Of a DNA stretch of 64,000 nucleotides, positions 14,571-26,940 are shown one piece after another. The first letter of the stretch is position 1, and every line of letters begins with the position of its first letter. The stretch lies in NCBI RefSeq assembly GCF_026571515.1, contig NW_026858706.1, positions 1 to 64,000 on the forward strand, given 5' to 3'. Below the pieces are notes generated by a model that saw only the letters and a list, made by a program, of their open reading frames with translations, was not told where the DNA came from and did no database searches. The position numbers and the translations under genes are program-made. The DNA comes from Ruditapes philippinarum. Taxonomy: Eukaryota.

Positions 14571-14994
14571 AGAAGAAACATCTTAAATACATTTAGTATC
14601 ACGTGGCTTGAACTCGTAACCGTCCGCAGTCGAAGAAGACGCTCTACTAAAAGCATTTTCGAGGAGATATAATGTATATGGAATATACATTATAATCAAC
14701 ATTATGTTTCAGTATAATCATGATAATGCTTCAGTAAGATAGATATCATGGTATCTCATTACATTTAACCAAGCGGTTGCTATTTTGTTACACAGTGTCT
14801 TAATATATAAAGAATTTGGTGCATATAAATTCAGTAACTAACTTAAGGTGTAAATACTTATGTATATTTATCGTTTTTCTCAATCATGCTTACTTAATGT
14901 CTGGATCGTTTATTTTGGTAGGACTTTTGCTTACAATCCATCAACATTTTTTGGCAAGGATCTAATCCGACTTTTATATTATCATCAACGATAA

Positions 14995-17290
14995 ATTGTT
15001 TGCAGGATTTTGGAATGTGAACGGGTGGAATATGATAAACAAGATCAACAAGGAAAGGCGGCATTCAAGGACCTGATTAAGAATTTAAAAACTTTCAGTA
15101 AAGAAATAAATGTATGAATTATCTTGATTTAGACATTTTAGGCATAACATCAGTACATCTTAAAAATGATGACAAATTAATTCTTGATAATTATAATTGG
15201 TTTGCCAACAATAAACAAAATTTACATGTGAATGCTTGGCGGGGGTCTGTGAAAAAAATGATCTTTTTCAGTTTATTTTTTATATATCTATTGAAAATGT
15301 TCAAGAAGAGGGTACTTTGTGGTTATGTTTAAAATATAAAATGAAATGAATGGTTTATTTATGTGTGTATGTTATTTACCTCCAAAGAACTCATGAAGAC
15401 AGACTGGTGCGTCTGTATTTTATGATAAACTTCAATTTTGTATATTTGACTATCAACATACAGGTACTATACCTCAATTTTGTATATTTGACTATCAACA
15501 TACAGGTACTATCTGTATATGTGGAAATTTAAACAACCGATGTGGTGAAGAATATGACTTTATTGAAGGTGTTGACTGTTTACCTAGTCGAAATATAGTT
15601 GACTATACATGCAATGAATATGGTGATGTTTTAATTGATTTTTTAATAAGTGCAAACATTTGTATTTCATAGGGTAGAAATTGTGTTGAAAATGACTTTA
15701 TTTGCATTAAACATGGTTGTTCAGTGGTCACTATTGTCTAATTAGCAATGATGATTTGTATTTGTATTCTGATTTAAAGTTGTACGTTCTTCAGATTCTT
15801 CAGTAAATTGTACAAATTTTGCACAACAAATTGGAGGTCCTGACCATTCTGTTTTGCAGTGGAATATTCTTTATAATTTTTAATGTAAAGATTCAAAGAA
15901 AAATCAAAGGAAACATGATATGACTTTTGAATTTAAAAATATTCCATATAACTAGGGAGGTGCAAATAACTAGAAGAAAATACTGGTTCCAACGGCAGTG
16001 AGGACGTCTTAACTATGTAGAATGTGAACAAAACCAATTGGGAAAATGGTATATCTAAAACAAAAACGCATGAAATACTTGAAAGATATTTTTAAAGATC
16101 TTTTAAATGTTCCTCTGCTGATGGATCAAGTGTTAATCATCAAAGAGATGTACAGATAGATTAAACAGTTTTATGCCACAGCTAGACAATAATGTTTCAG
16201 TAAATGAAGTATAAAAGGCCAAAGATAAAGCTGATTTTCGTAAAGCCTGTGGCTTTGATAATTGACCATATGAAGCCTTTAAAAATGATACCACAGTTTC
16301 CTTTTTCAAGTATATTTCGAAATTGTCCAAATTCTTAAACAATTGGATAAATGCATAATTAATCCAATCCCAAAATCTTATACAACAGATCCATTGAATT
16401 CGTTAATTAACAGGGGTATAACTGTAGCACCTACAATGTGTAAGTTATTCTGCTCAGTTATCAATGATAGGTTGTCAACTTGGTAAGAGGATAATTTCTA
16501 GCTAGTAGATGATCAAAATGGCTTCCGTAAAAAAAGCGTAGCCCTGAGATCATCTATCTTGAATCACATCTATTATAGAAACCAGGTTAAAGAAGAAACT
16601 CAGCACCTTTTTAGTCTTTAAATATGCTTACGACACAGCTGACCGTTCAATATGATGGGAACATTTGTTTAAGATGGGAGTGAATTGTAAAACAATGATC
16701 GATATCAAATCTCTATATTCAATGTGTAAGTTCATGTATAAGATTGATTGAATGGTTACATTCCAAACTGGTTTGATATTAACTTGTCATTACGGCATTT
16801 TAAACCTGTATTCCTAACTGCTTTATTAATAATATTGCTGTGAGCATAAACTCCTTTGTTAAAGGAATAGAACATGAAAAGGGTAAACTTTAATCAAACT
16901 TATTTTATTTTGTTGGCAACAATGAACAAGTTTACAGACCATGTTAGATACTGTGTTTACACGGTGTATTACAAATCATATGACAATCAATATAAAGAAA
17001 AATAATACTGTACACTTTCGAAGCAAATCGACACCAAGTATATCGTTTCCATTAAGCGCTGCACTGATATTTTAACTGTCAAGGGTAAATATGTGTATAT
17101 CTCGGGTTGGCCCTTAACAAGCTTCTTAACTATAATTTTACAGCTTGTGTTGGCTCTTAGACTTATAATTGCAAAATATAAGCAACTAGAAGTTATGCCT
17201 TTCAATCACGGATTTATATTACATGTAATATAAATCCGTGCTTTCAATGTATATGGTAATAGTGCGGCTATTTGTGGTAAAGGAACGTAA
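14995..17290 (+). mobile_element. Highly decayed non-LTR retrotransposon (LINE; APE endonuclease and RT remnants)
   Basis: GFWNVNGW and LDILGI..HL (APE N-terminus), PDHSVL, YRGIT-like, DQNGFRK, and AYDT.DR..W..L..MG-like RT segments occur in colinear order with many stops and frameshifts. Confidence 0.8.
17207..17240. mobile_element. 34-bp perfect palindrome inserted with an 8-bp TSD
   Basis: CACGGATTTATATTACATGTAATATAAATCCGTG is flanked by CTTTCAAT at 17199-17206 and 17241-17248. Confidence 0.85.
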
Positions 17291-18107
17291 ACAAGAAATA
17301 GTTACTGTAATTTAACGTTTTGCGGTAATTTTATGTATATTTTCTTATTTTTTTCTTCTTATCTGTTGAAATAATTTTATCAAGAAAAGGATTTTTATGT
17401 TAAGAATATTTGTAACTAAAAAATGTACTATACTGTAACGGTCTAAAGTAAGGGAACATTACAAACATGTTCACAATAAAGCAATTTTATAGAATTCTTT
17501 CAGAACAAGATTAGCAATAGTTTCTTATTTTGGTTGTAAAATGTATAGGTATAATGTATGAGAAGGGAGGTAACTCTGTAAATTATATTGGAAATCCTTG
17601 CCAAGTTGCCTCGCTTCCACTATGTTGGTTTTACAGTCTCTTGTAATTCGGAATAGAATGGCCGTACACAAACAACTTTTTATTTTGTAAAATTAAGTTA
17701 TTGAATCCTTTTATATGTCGATGAGACTTTTATAAATAGTATACCAGGAGTTATTATAAATTCTAACTAAAGTGTGTTGAAAACTGTCCGATACGCGCCC
17801 CATTTTGTATATAGTTTCCTTGTTAAGATTTTTGCCAACATTATATATGTATGTATAATGTTATTTTGTTGATATTTCTAGATTTCAGTCTGAAATCAGA
17901 TATCACTTTGATGACCACCATCCTTGAAAATATAAACACAATTAATGGTTTAAAAAATATTTCAAATGGACAAATGGAATAGTTGTTATTGTTTGATGAT
18001 GTTGTTTTGTATGCTTTAGAATTAACAATAAATACGGAATATTATGTTGTAGTAGCTTTCCGAGGCCTTGTACGAGCAGCGTAGTAAAATTGATATCTTG
18101 CGAGACT

Positions 18108-21100
18108 TTTATTACATACCTATAAATTTTTAAAACAAAAAGAATTCAATTTTATAACTTTTATCATTTATTTCACAATCAGAAACATATAGATATGGAG
18201 AAATAACATTTATGAACGGCGGATGAATATATCAGTTTTTCAAAAGAGGCCACGCCTCCAACACAGTTTTCTAGGAAATAGACAAATGGCCGAACCATGT
18301 CGTGTCACAATACGCCGTCACAATATCAACAAACGTTAAAAAGATAACAGTTTTTAAAAGCTAGAAATGCAACTTTTGATTTGGATTGTTCCGCTTAGTG
18401 TACATGAATTATTCACTGTCACTGTCAGATTCAATTACCGGACAAATCCTTCTTCGGCGTTTGGGACTTGGTGAAATGTCATTAGTTTTCACGGTTTTGT
18501 TAATAATTGTTATTGGACAATTCATTAGTCTTGCATTCTGAAGAATTTGACCAGTATGGGTTGAAACTAATTCAATTCCCGACATTGTACGGATATTTGA
18601 TGAAACAGTTGCGTTAAATGGTGATTGTACAGGTGCTAGAATTTGACGAGGCGGACCAGTGGAATTGGTGAGTGATTGTTTACTTTGAGTTTGACACATC
18701 TGAATTGCATTTTTAAGCTTGGGAGGATTTGGGTTATGGGACAATATATCAGACATGTGTTCTTGCATTTCACATGATGCCCTGGCATAATTGTTCACAC
18801 TTTGAACATTTCTATGGGCACTTAACTGTTGTATTGTAGTTGGTGCAATTCCACTATGTAATAGATCAGTGCAAGTAGTTTTCCTTGCACTGTGATTTGT
18901 TTTTTTTTGCCTTGCAAACCACACTCAATAGCCATGGTTTTCATTAACGTATTGAGCGTGTGCTCACCAAGAGGCTGAGATTTATACCATTTATCTGAAC
19001 CCGGAAGTCGTTTATAGTTAATACCTAAATAAAATGGCGACTCGGGCTGACACATTTCTGTTGGCCTGTGTTGTGCAAATATTTTGTAAGCATATACAGG
19101 GCAAGTTTCTAGAGTATCATGTGCAAATTGCTTTGGACTAAAATGTCGTACTTCAGTTGTTTTTTCAGCAGTACGTGTTTTTGTTAACCTTTCATTATAT
19201 TCAATGTTTTCCCTGCCATGATCATTTGTTTTAAGTTTAATATCCCCCCACCTAAGTTGCCTATTTTCATTTCCACCCCGAAGCCCAAACAGAACAGTAT
19301 TATTGAACCATATTAAATTCAAAAGTTTTTTTGGAGAGTCAGTCCCTGCCAATCCCTTTTCCCGCAACTTTTGTCTCTCGTTAACTGTCAGGGGCTCTGC
19401 AGCATTTGGACGATTACCCTTTCCCTTGCCTTTGAGCTATTTTCGTTTTGAAGCTAAAACTTGTCGCGATGTTGAAAAAATTCCTTGTCAGTTATGAATG
19501 CTGTGAGGATATTTATTTTCCCTGAGGCACCTAAAAGTAAATAAAAAAATATGTGTTCCAAAATTGGAATGAATTTATTTAATTGATTTGAAGTTTTGCA
19601 CAATTAAAAAGTCAATTAAATTGTAATCTTTTTTGGATTTATGCTACATGTAGATCTATATAAATGCAAAAAAGGGTAGAATGCCTAGAATGGACTCAAA
19701 ATTAGTAATTATTAATACCGAATTCGAATTTCATTTTTGAATATAAGAAAAAATTGTTTAGTATTCAATCATTATCTAAAAATAGTACAATACATAATGA
19801 TAAGGTGAATTGAAAGTTTGAAAAAATTTTCTTGACATAAAATTTGAAGAAATGACAAATTATGCAAAATGTTATGTCATAATATTGATTTATTATATCT
19901 TACATATGCTTTTTAAATTAAACAGTGAAATAATCAAAATACAATTCAACAAATTTCAAAGTAGCCAAATGCAAATGTAAAAATAGTATCTTAATGGAAT
20001 TGAAATTTTGCCAGAAATACATTCCTTTGTAAAACAAGTAAATGCCTTTTTAATAGAGATCTAGTAGTAAAATATTCATGATTAAACTGGAAGCACATAT
20101 TTAAGATAAATGTACATTTTTCATGATTTTTTTTAAATGTAGTGTGAAGTGTACAAAGAAAGCAAATTGCACATTGCATCTGCATTTATTATATACTTAT
20201 AAATGAAATAATGAAAAATATAGATGAAATAAAATGCGTATTTTCATTTTCCGCATTTTCACTGTAAAAATTTATTTTTCACCACAGTAAAACATATTTT
20301 TCGTATTTTCACTGGTGTCTTGCCGGACTAACTTCTTTTAAATTCTGCCAGTACACAAAATTTCAGGGAAAGTCTTTCAAATTTTAACGTCAAAAAGAGA
20401 AAAATGTATATATAATAAACAGAAAGTTCAAGTTTTTTCTATAAATACATGATTTATTTTCATCTTGTGGCATGAAAATTACCATATTTCACTTGTGGCT
20501 AATGCACTCATGAAATATTTATTTTCATACCACTCGATGAAAATCAATCAAAATAAAAAACTTGAATATCCTCTATGAATTATCAAAAAGAGGTCAAAAT
20601 ATACAAAAATGTCTCTAAAATTACTGGTAAAGTCAAATCAGTGTAAGCGCACATAAAATGTAAATTATTACTTGAATTCACTTTTGTATTGTTTGAATCT
20701 TTTTAAATTTTCAAGTTTGTTTTTCTTAAAATATTTTGACTCATAACAGCTTTAATTAACATAGATTATAAGATAACACATATATTTTTTTTTGCGACAG
20801 GATGAATGGAAGCTGTGTCATTTGAAGACCAATTATTTTAGCACTACACTCTGCAGATTGACTCATGAGTCACATAAGAATAAATGGTCACCAGTGGTAG
20901 AAGCATGAATGGAAAAAAAAATACAGAACGGTTTGAATCGCTGTTTAAAAGTTTTTGATGTAAAACAAGTCTACTGTATTACCTGTCAATGCCTCTGTGG
21001 TATGAGGTGAGTGTATCGGGCTCATATTCTGACCCATCGACTTTACGAATTGACAGCAAGAATGAACCAATGAAATTGTCAAGTTCAGCTGGTATTATAT

Positions 21101-22057
21101 TCCAGATTTGCCTCAAATCATTTCTTGGTGGCTCAGCCAGCCAACGTTTAAACTGACGGAGACTTGTTTTAGTTTTTTTGCAAAGTTTTTGTTTTTCATT
21201 CCTATAACAAAGTTTTCTTTTTCTGCATCAGTTATGTTGAGGAAGGTTGGATTGTTAGTTTTTGATTTGCCACAGTTTAGCTAACCAACAAGATTTTCTG
21301 GATCACTGTGTGTGGTAAACAATTCAAAGTTTCAGTGATGATTGGATTAACTTTATTTATATTACCAGTGTTCATGCTGAACTGGATCAGAATGATGATG
21401 TAGATCTATGAGGGAGTTGGCTATGTCAACACTCAGTTCACTGGCATGGTCAGTTTGGGAAACCTCCTCCTCAAAATCAAAGCCAAACAATTCATCAGAT
21501 TGTTCAACAACATCAAAATACCCATTCTGAGTTAGGGTTAATAGGTCCAAGTCATCATCAAACAAATCGTCGGACATTTTTAACAGATAGAGCTCCGTTA
21601 CGTTTTACCATTGACAGTAACGCCCACTACATGTATATAGTACAGTTGCAGACGGTCTATAAAATCACGAACACTTTTTTAACGCGAACGTTATTTGTGT
21701 ATATAAAACAGGTTTTGAAATTTGGACAAAATTATAGGTTTTTCACATTTGAAATGTTGAAAAAAGTGAATAAAACTCGGTAAAAAATGATTGTTTATAT
21801 ATTTTGACAGCGGAATTTCGTTACTAAATATAGCAATGGATTCCCCGCAAAGTGCTCTTTGCAGTATTGGTTCCCGTTTCAATAAACCACGTAACGCAAA
21901 TAAAAGGCGGGGACCAAACCAAAAAATAGTCCGGCACTTCCATATATGGAACCGTATTTGTCACTAACATAATACGGAAATTTCTATCCGTCGAAGCGTA
22001 TTTGCGCTTCAAGATTTGGGTGTATTTTAGGGAGAAAATTTATAGGTATATAATAAA
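18108..22057 (-). mobile_element. Crypton-type DNA transposon encoding an intron-containing DUF3504-like tyrosine recombinase (decayed)
   Basis: Exon A ~21577-20983 (acidic N-terminus ... IRKVDGSEYEPDTLTSYHRGIDR), GT-AG intron 20982-19531, exon B 19530-18409. Exon B has FGLRG, TCPV, PFYL, WYKSQPLG, TNHSARKT, AHRNVQSVNNY (YR catalytic R, HxxR, H, Y). There are stops and frameshifts. Inverted 23-bp termini lie at 18108-18130 and 22035-22057. Confidence 0.85.
20184..20577. mobile_element. Non-autonomous element nested in the Crypton intron; end resembles the Crypton terminus
   Basis: Begins TTTATTATATACTTATAAAT, compared with the Crypton end TTTATTACATACCTATAAAT. An inverted homologous copy lies at ~55030-55272. 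Confidence 0.7.
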
Positions 22058-22754
22058 TGTTTATATTAACTTAAATGTGATTGACATTGAAACAATCAGA
22101 TAAAACAAATTTGCATTAAAACTTATTTCATAAGTTTATTTTTACTCATATACTTGCAAATATGCAAATGTTTTCATACAAATGAAACCTCTTAGACATC
22201 CCTTGCTTTACTGTCCAGCTAAATGTTTTCGTTTCGTACTTAAGCCGGATGTTGTTAAAGGTATTACTACGAGTATATTGGTGCTATTTTTTCAGTCTAA
22301 TAAGTTTCGATCAATACTTTCGATATAGACAGTTATCAAATAAAAATTTGCATTAACGATCAAAAAGTAGTCTCGTGTTCTCACTTATCTTCAATATTTT
22401 GATTATTATCATTGGACAGTGTATTAAATTGTTATCTTTTTATAAGTAGCACAAGTGTATGTAAACAAATATTCTACTCAATAATCAAATCTTACTTCAG
22501 TCCGTAGTCCTGGCCTTTTTACTGACACGAAATATTTGTATTTGTTAAATATGTTTACGTGTTATCAAAATACATTTGTGTAGTTCCAAAGATTAAGGAC
22601 AGTGTTATTAATATTCAACTAATTTGTTGGCATAGTATTGTATTATATTTGTTTAACTGTTGTAAGTCTGTATATATGTGTGATAATGTGTACGTATGCT
22701 TGTTCTGCTTTTCACACAATAGAGGAATACGAAATTTATAAATATATCATCACT

Positions 22755-23265
22755 AATGACAAGGTGACAAGGAGGCGACACATCACTACCCTTTGACGAA
22801 ACAATGTCAACCGAGGCTTTAAATCACTACCGTTGTCAAGATAATGCCAACGTGACGCAACATTACTACCTTTGACAAGATAATATCAACCTAGGCGTTA
22901 CATCACTACCTATGGACAAGAAAATGTCAACCAATGCGTAACATCACTACCCTTGGAGAAGACAATGTCAAGCTAGGGGTTATATCACTAAACTTGACAA
23001 GATAAAGTTGACCGAGGAGTTACATCACTACCCTTGGAGAAGACAATGTCACGCGAGGCGTTATATCACTAACCGTGACAAGATAATGGCAAGAGAGGCG
23101 TGTCATCACCACCCTTGAACGAGCCAATGTCAACTGAGACGTAACAACTCTTCCCTGGACAATATAAGGTCAACCGAGGCCTTATATTACTTCCCTTGAC
23201 AAGACAATGCCCACCGAGGCGTTATATGACTTGTCTTGGGTGAACATTACCTATTCCCTCAATGG
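22755..23265 (+). repeat. 40-bp minisatellite array (CACTACCCTTGACAAGACAATGTCAACCGAGGCGTTACAT), ~12 copies plus tail
   Basis: Direct periodicity of 40-41 nt. Confidence 0.9.
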
Positions 23266-23589
23266 TATTTGATATTTGAATACTGCCATGTGAGATTATC
23301 CATCTGAAATCACGTAAAATATGATAAACAAGATCATCAAGGAAAGGCGGCGTTCAATGAAAGTAACCCCCACATGACCCAGTAACAAGAACCAGTGGCA
23401 AGGAGCCCAGGCACCCCCCCCCCAAAAAAAAGCAAAAAAATATAGTTAATAAACACCATGAGGTATAATAAAAAATCATAGTTCATACGTACAACACCAA
23501 TTCATTTTAAATAATTTTATACAAATATATGTTTACGGAATTTAATCATAATAAAGCATATTTTTTATTTAAAAAAACAACCTAATAAG

Positions 23590-25830
23590 TATATACAAAA
23601 TACCATATCATCATGTTAATGTTTCGATTAATTTCCATGTTGGAGCAAGTATGATAATTAAAGACATTATTTTGACACTTACATGTAGTTAAACATTTTT
23701 GATTGAGAAAAATATTGTCCATGACAAATGGAATCGTAAATCAATTCGAACTTACGAATCAACTTATTGACAAAGCAAAAGAAGAAAATGGTATTGTTGT
23801 ACCTGTTGGCCATCCGAAAAGTGAGAATCCTTTGCTGTGAGAGGTTGTTGATATTTGATTTCAACGTTACACAACTGAGATCGTAAATTATTCTGAAAAT
23901 GCTAAAGAAACATTCTTTCAACCAATCGCGGGCGATCAATTCACAAGTTATCATTGTTAAACCATATTGTTCTGCACCATAGCAAGAACGTCGCCGTATC
24001 TGTAGAGAGAAAGGATGGATTGTTTGACTGCATATTGAATTGCTTATTTACTCTTCAACATTTACTATTATCTCGTTATTGTCCCCAATTCTTTGACCTT
24101 TCTGCATTTTGGTTTACATAAGGATCTGACTTCCACCAATGGGTTGTCACCTTCTCCTTGGCTTTCAAACAACCAATAATTCAGAAAACGATGCAATTTT
24201 TTTATTTTAACCCCTGAAAAGGGAACAAGACACTTCAACCCCAGTACACTTCACCCTCAATTTTTTAATACACTTCACCCCTCGTTTCCTCGTATTTCAA
24301 CAACAAATCTACACGTTATTTATTAATTTCCTTTACTTTTGGCATTCTTGATAAAATATATAATCCAAAGCAATCTTGAATATATCAAAATATTTGAAGA
24401 CCTAAGGAAGTGTAAATGGGATTAAAGTATTATCATGCACTTGATACAAGGTTTGACACCCTCCAAAGCATTTATGTAGAATAAGCTATTTAATCAGTCA
24501 AACATTATCTTAAATTTTAATGATTATATTTTTTTCAAAAGCAAAAGACTAAAAATGATCGGATTCATTTGCTTCATGTTTGAATAATTTTCTCTTTTTT
24601 TACCTTCATTGGTGTAAAAGGAAACTTGGGGTGAGGTTTCTTAATCAAGTTTCATAAATAGAGAAGTGAATTTTTGAGGGGTGAAGTTTGTGCAAAAATG
24701 GCTAAGAACGAAGAAACTACGCAACTCTCCATAAAGCTCCATATAGAGCGTTAAACGTTTGTAGCCCTTGAAGTATTGTTTGTAAGCATTAATCAGAATC
24801 ACGTCACACTTTATATTTGTTTATACCATGATTACTACATTCCATGTTTTATATGATGCATTATGAAATCATTACATTGGTGACTTATAGGCCCATTGGG
24901 CAGGGTGCTATAATTGTACACATATACGATTGTTATTTGTATTTGACTATGCACATGTCACAATAATAAACAATTTACTTACTTACTTATTTACATATAC
25001 GGTGGAGATCCGGTCTAAATGTAAGAAATAGGTGGACTTGAACTTTAGTCAGATTAACACTTCAGTTAATTTGTTTGTTGGAAAATTGACCCCGTTGCTA
25101 TGCAGAAGTCTATGTAGCATTTGATATAAACTCATGAATGGCCATCTTCTGAGTTTGCTTCAGATTCAAATCGATTATATAGGATAAAGAATGCTAAATG
25201 ATAACATGGCCACAAGCTGCTTCCATTCACGCAAATCTTTTAAACAAGAGTAATTGCAGACATTGTCTTTGATAGAAGCAATTATCAAATTAAACATTCC
25301 AGACACCCGTTTGTATGCATGATTAGGGAGGTTTGCGGCAGAAATTCATACTCGTCTTGTGTTGAATTTAAGAGAAAACATTTTTGGTGTTACCCGATCG
25401 GACTACGAGGGTCAGTTTTTTGTTGTTGTTGTTGTTGTTTTTGCTGTTGTTGTTGTTGTTGTTGTTGTTTTTCAGACGGCTCACTAGTTTTTGAAAATAA
25501 CAACTTATTTTATGAACAATTTGAAATTTAACTCGACTCGCAAATAATAGTTCACTATCTTGATTATTTAACATACTCTTGTTTGTCATAAAGTTAACGC
25601 AATAGGTATTGCTTGTACAGAAGGCATTTGTTAAGAAGTTCCCTACGTCCACATATTTGATGAATGTATTAAGGGGGTAAGCGGGCCTCTTTTAAAGGGG
25701 CTGTCTCCATACAGGCTTGAGATATTATTTTATACCTGAAATTAGTTAAAGACTTTTTATGTTTAATGAAGCGTAAATATCTACTTTGGCCTCTTTAGAC
25801 AAAAAAGATGATTCTCAAAAAGATTCTAAT
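23590..25830 (+). pseudogene. Decayed tandem paralogue of the cGLR/Mab-21 gene
   Basis: Colinear DNA matches to the intact locus: ~23594-23637 to 29211-29252 (upstream), 23716-24103 to 30256-30680, 25062-25590 to 30680-30930 plus 31350-31580, and ~25620-25827 to ~31960-32150. It carries stops, frameshifts, deletions and a ~960-bp insertion. Confidence 0.92.
25419..25470. repeat. (GTT)n microsatellite within the pseudogene
   Basis: Seen directly; absent at the homologous site of the intact gene (31441-31462). Confidence 0.9.
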
Positions 25831-26424
25831 GGCCGCCACGAATTTTAGTGCTGGTTTTTAACATTAAACTATGGAACGCGTTTCATTCTTACAGCCTGAC
25901 CCGGTAAAAAAATCACGTGACATTTTAATCGTTATAAAGGTATTGAAACATACATGTATGGATCTATAACAAATACCGTTAAATCTTTAAAATTATCGTT
26001 ACCAGGTCGGCGTTAAAACCAAATAGGCTTTAAAGATTAGCTTTAACATTTACCTAATCAGATATGACATTACGATTCATTCGATGACTGGGTTCATGGC
26101 AACAAACTGTGTGCAACATTTTTAATGATAGCAGGAAAACGGAATATTTCTAGTTTGGATGGGTATTTTAATACAATTTATACATTTGATTTGACTTACA
26201 TTTTTAATTTTTTAGTAATGTGTAGATTTTTTATTTTATCATGTTTAACGTTTAATTGCGGTTACTTGTGGGCGGATGGGTTACGGCCAAGGGACTGTCT
26301 TTTCCTTGTTGCTATTATGTACTCGTATCCTAGACTGGGCTTTTATAGAACAGAATTTAAAACATTTATATTGAGTCCCAAATGTAAAAACAGTTTCATT
26401 ATACATGCACAAAAATATTATCCT

Positions 26425-26940
26425 CATTGAGGGTGAAAGAACAAAATGTTTACCCGAGACAAGTGATATAACGCCTCAGTTGACATAGAGATCTTGTCAG
26501 GGTAGTGATGTTACGTCTCTGTTGACATTGTTCTTTGTCAAGGATAATGATGTTTCACCTCGGTTTACATTGTTCTTGGCAAGGGTAGTGATGTTACGCC
26601 TAGGTTAACATTGTCTTGTCAATGGAAGTGATGTAACGCCTCGGTTGACATTATCTTGTCAAGGGAAGTGATGTCACGCCTCGGTTAACATTGTCTTGTC
26701 AAGGATAGTGATGTAACGCCTTGATTGACATTATCTTGTCAAGGGTAGTAATGTTACGCTTCGATTGACATTGTCTTGTCAAGGATAGTGATGTAACGCC
26801 TTGGTTAACATATTATCTTGTCAAGGGTAGTAATGTTACGCTTCGATTGACATTGTCATGACAAGGGTAGTGATGTAACGCCTCGGTTGTCATTATCTTG
26901 TCAAGAGTAGTAATGTAACGTCTCGGTTGACATTTTCTTG
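26425..26940 (-). repeat. Same 40-bp minisatellite in inverted orientation, ~12 copies plus tail
   Basis: Unit TCGGTTGACATTATCTTGTCAAGGGTAGTGATGTAACGCC (period 40, e.g. 26641 and 26681) is the reverse complement of the 22755-23265 unit. The non-repeated tail (ccctcaatg) is also shared. Confidence 0.9.

Noticed and set aside
18409-19367. Domesticated ZMYM/KCTD1/QRICH1-like host gene
   Set aside because: Catalytic YR residues are retained, inverted termini are present and there are several disabling lesions, which fits a decayed transposon.
23318-23358. ~40-bp match to 15030-15068 (atatgataaacaagatca.caaggaaaggcggc.ttcaa)
   Set aside because: Too short to interpret; most likely a shared repeat fragment.
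25319-25652. Poly-Cys and poly-Asn ORFs
   Set aside because: Readings of the (GTT)n repeat in the cGLR pseudogene.
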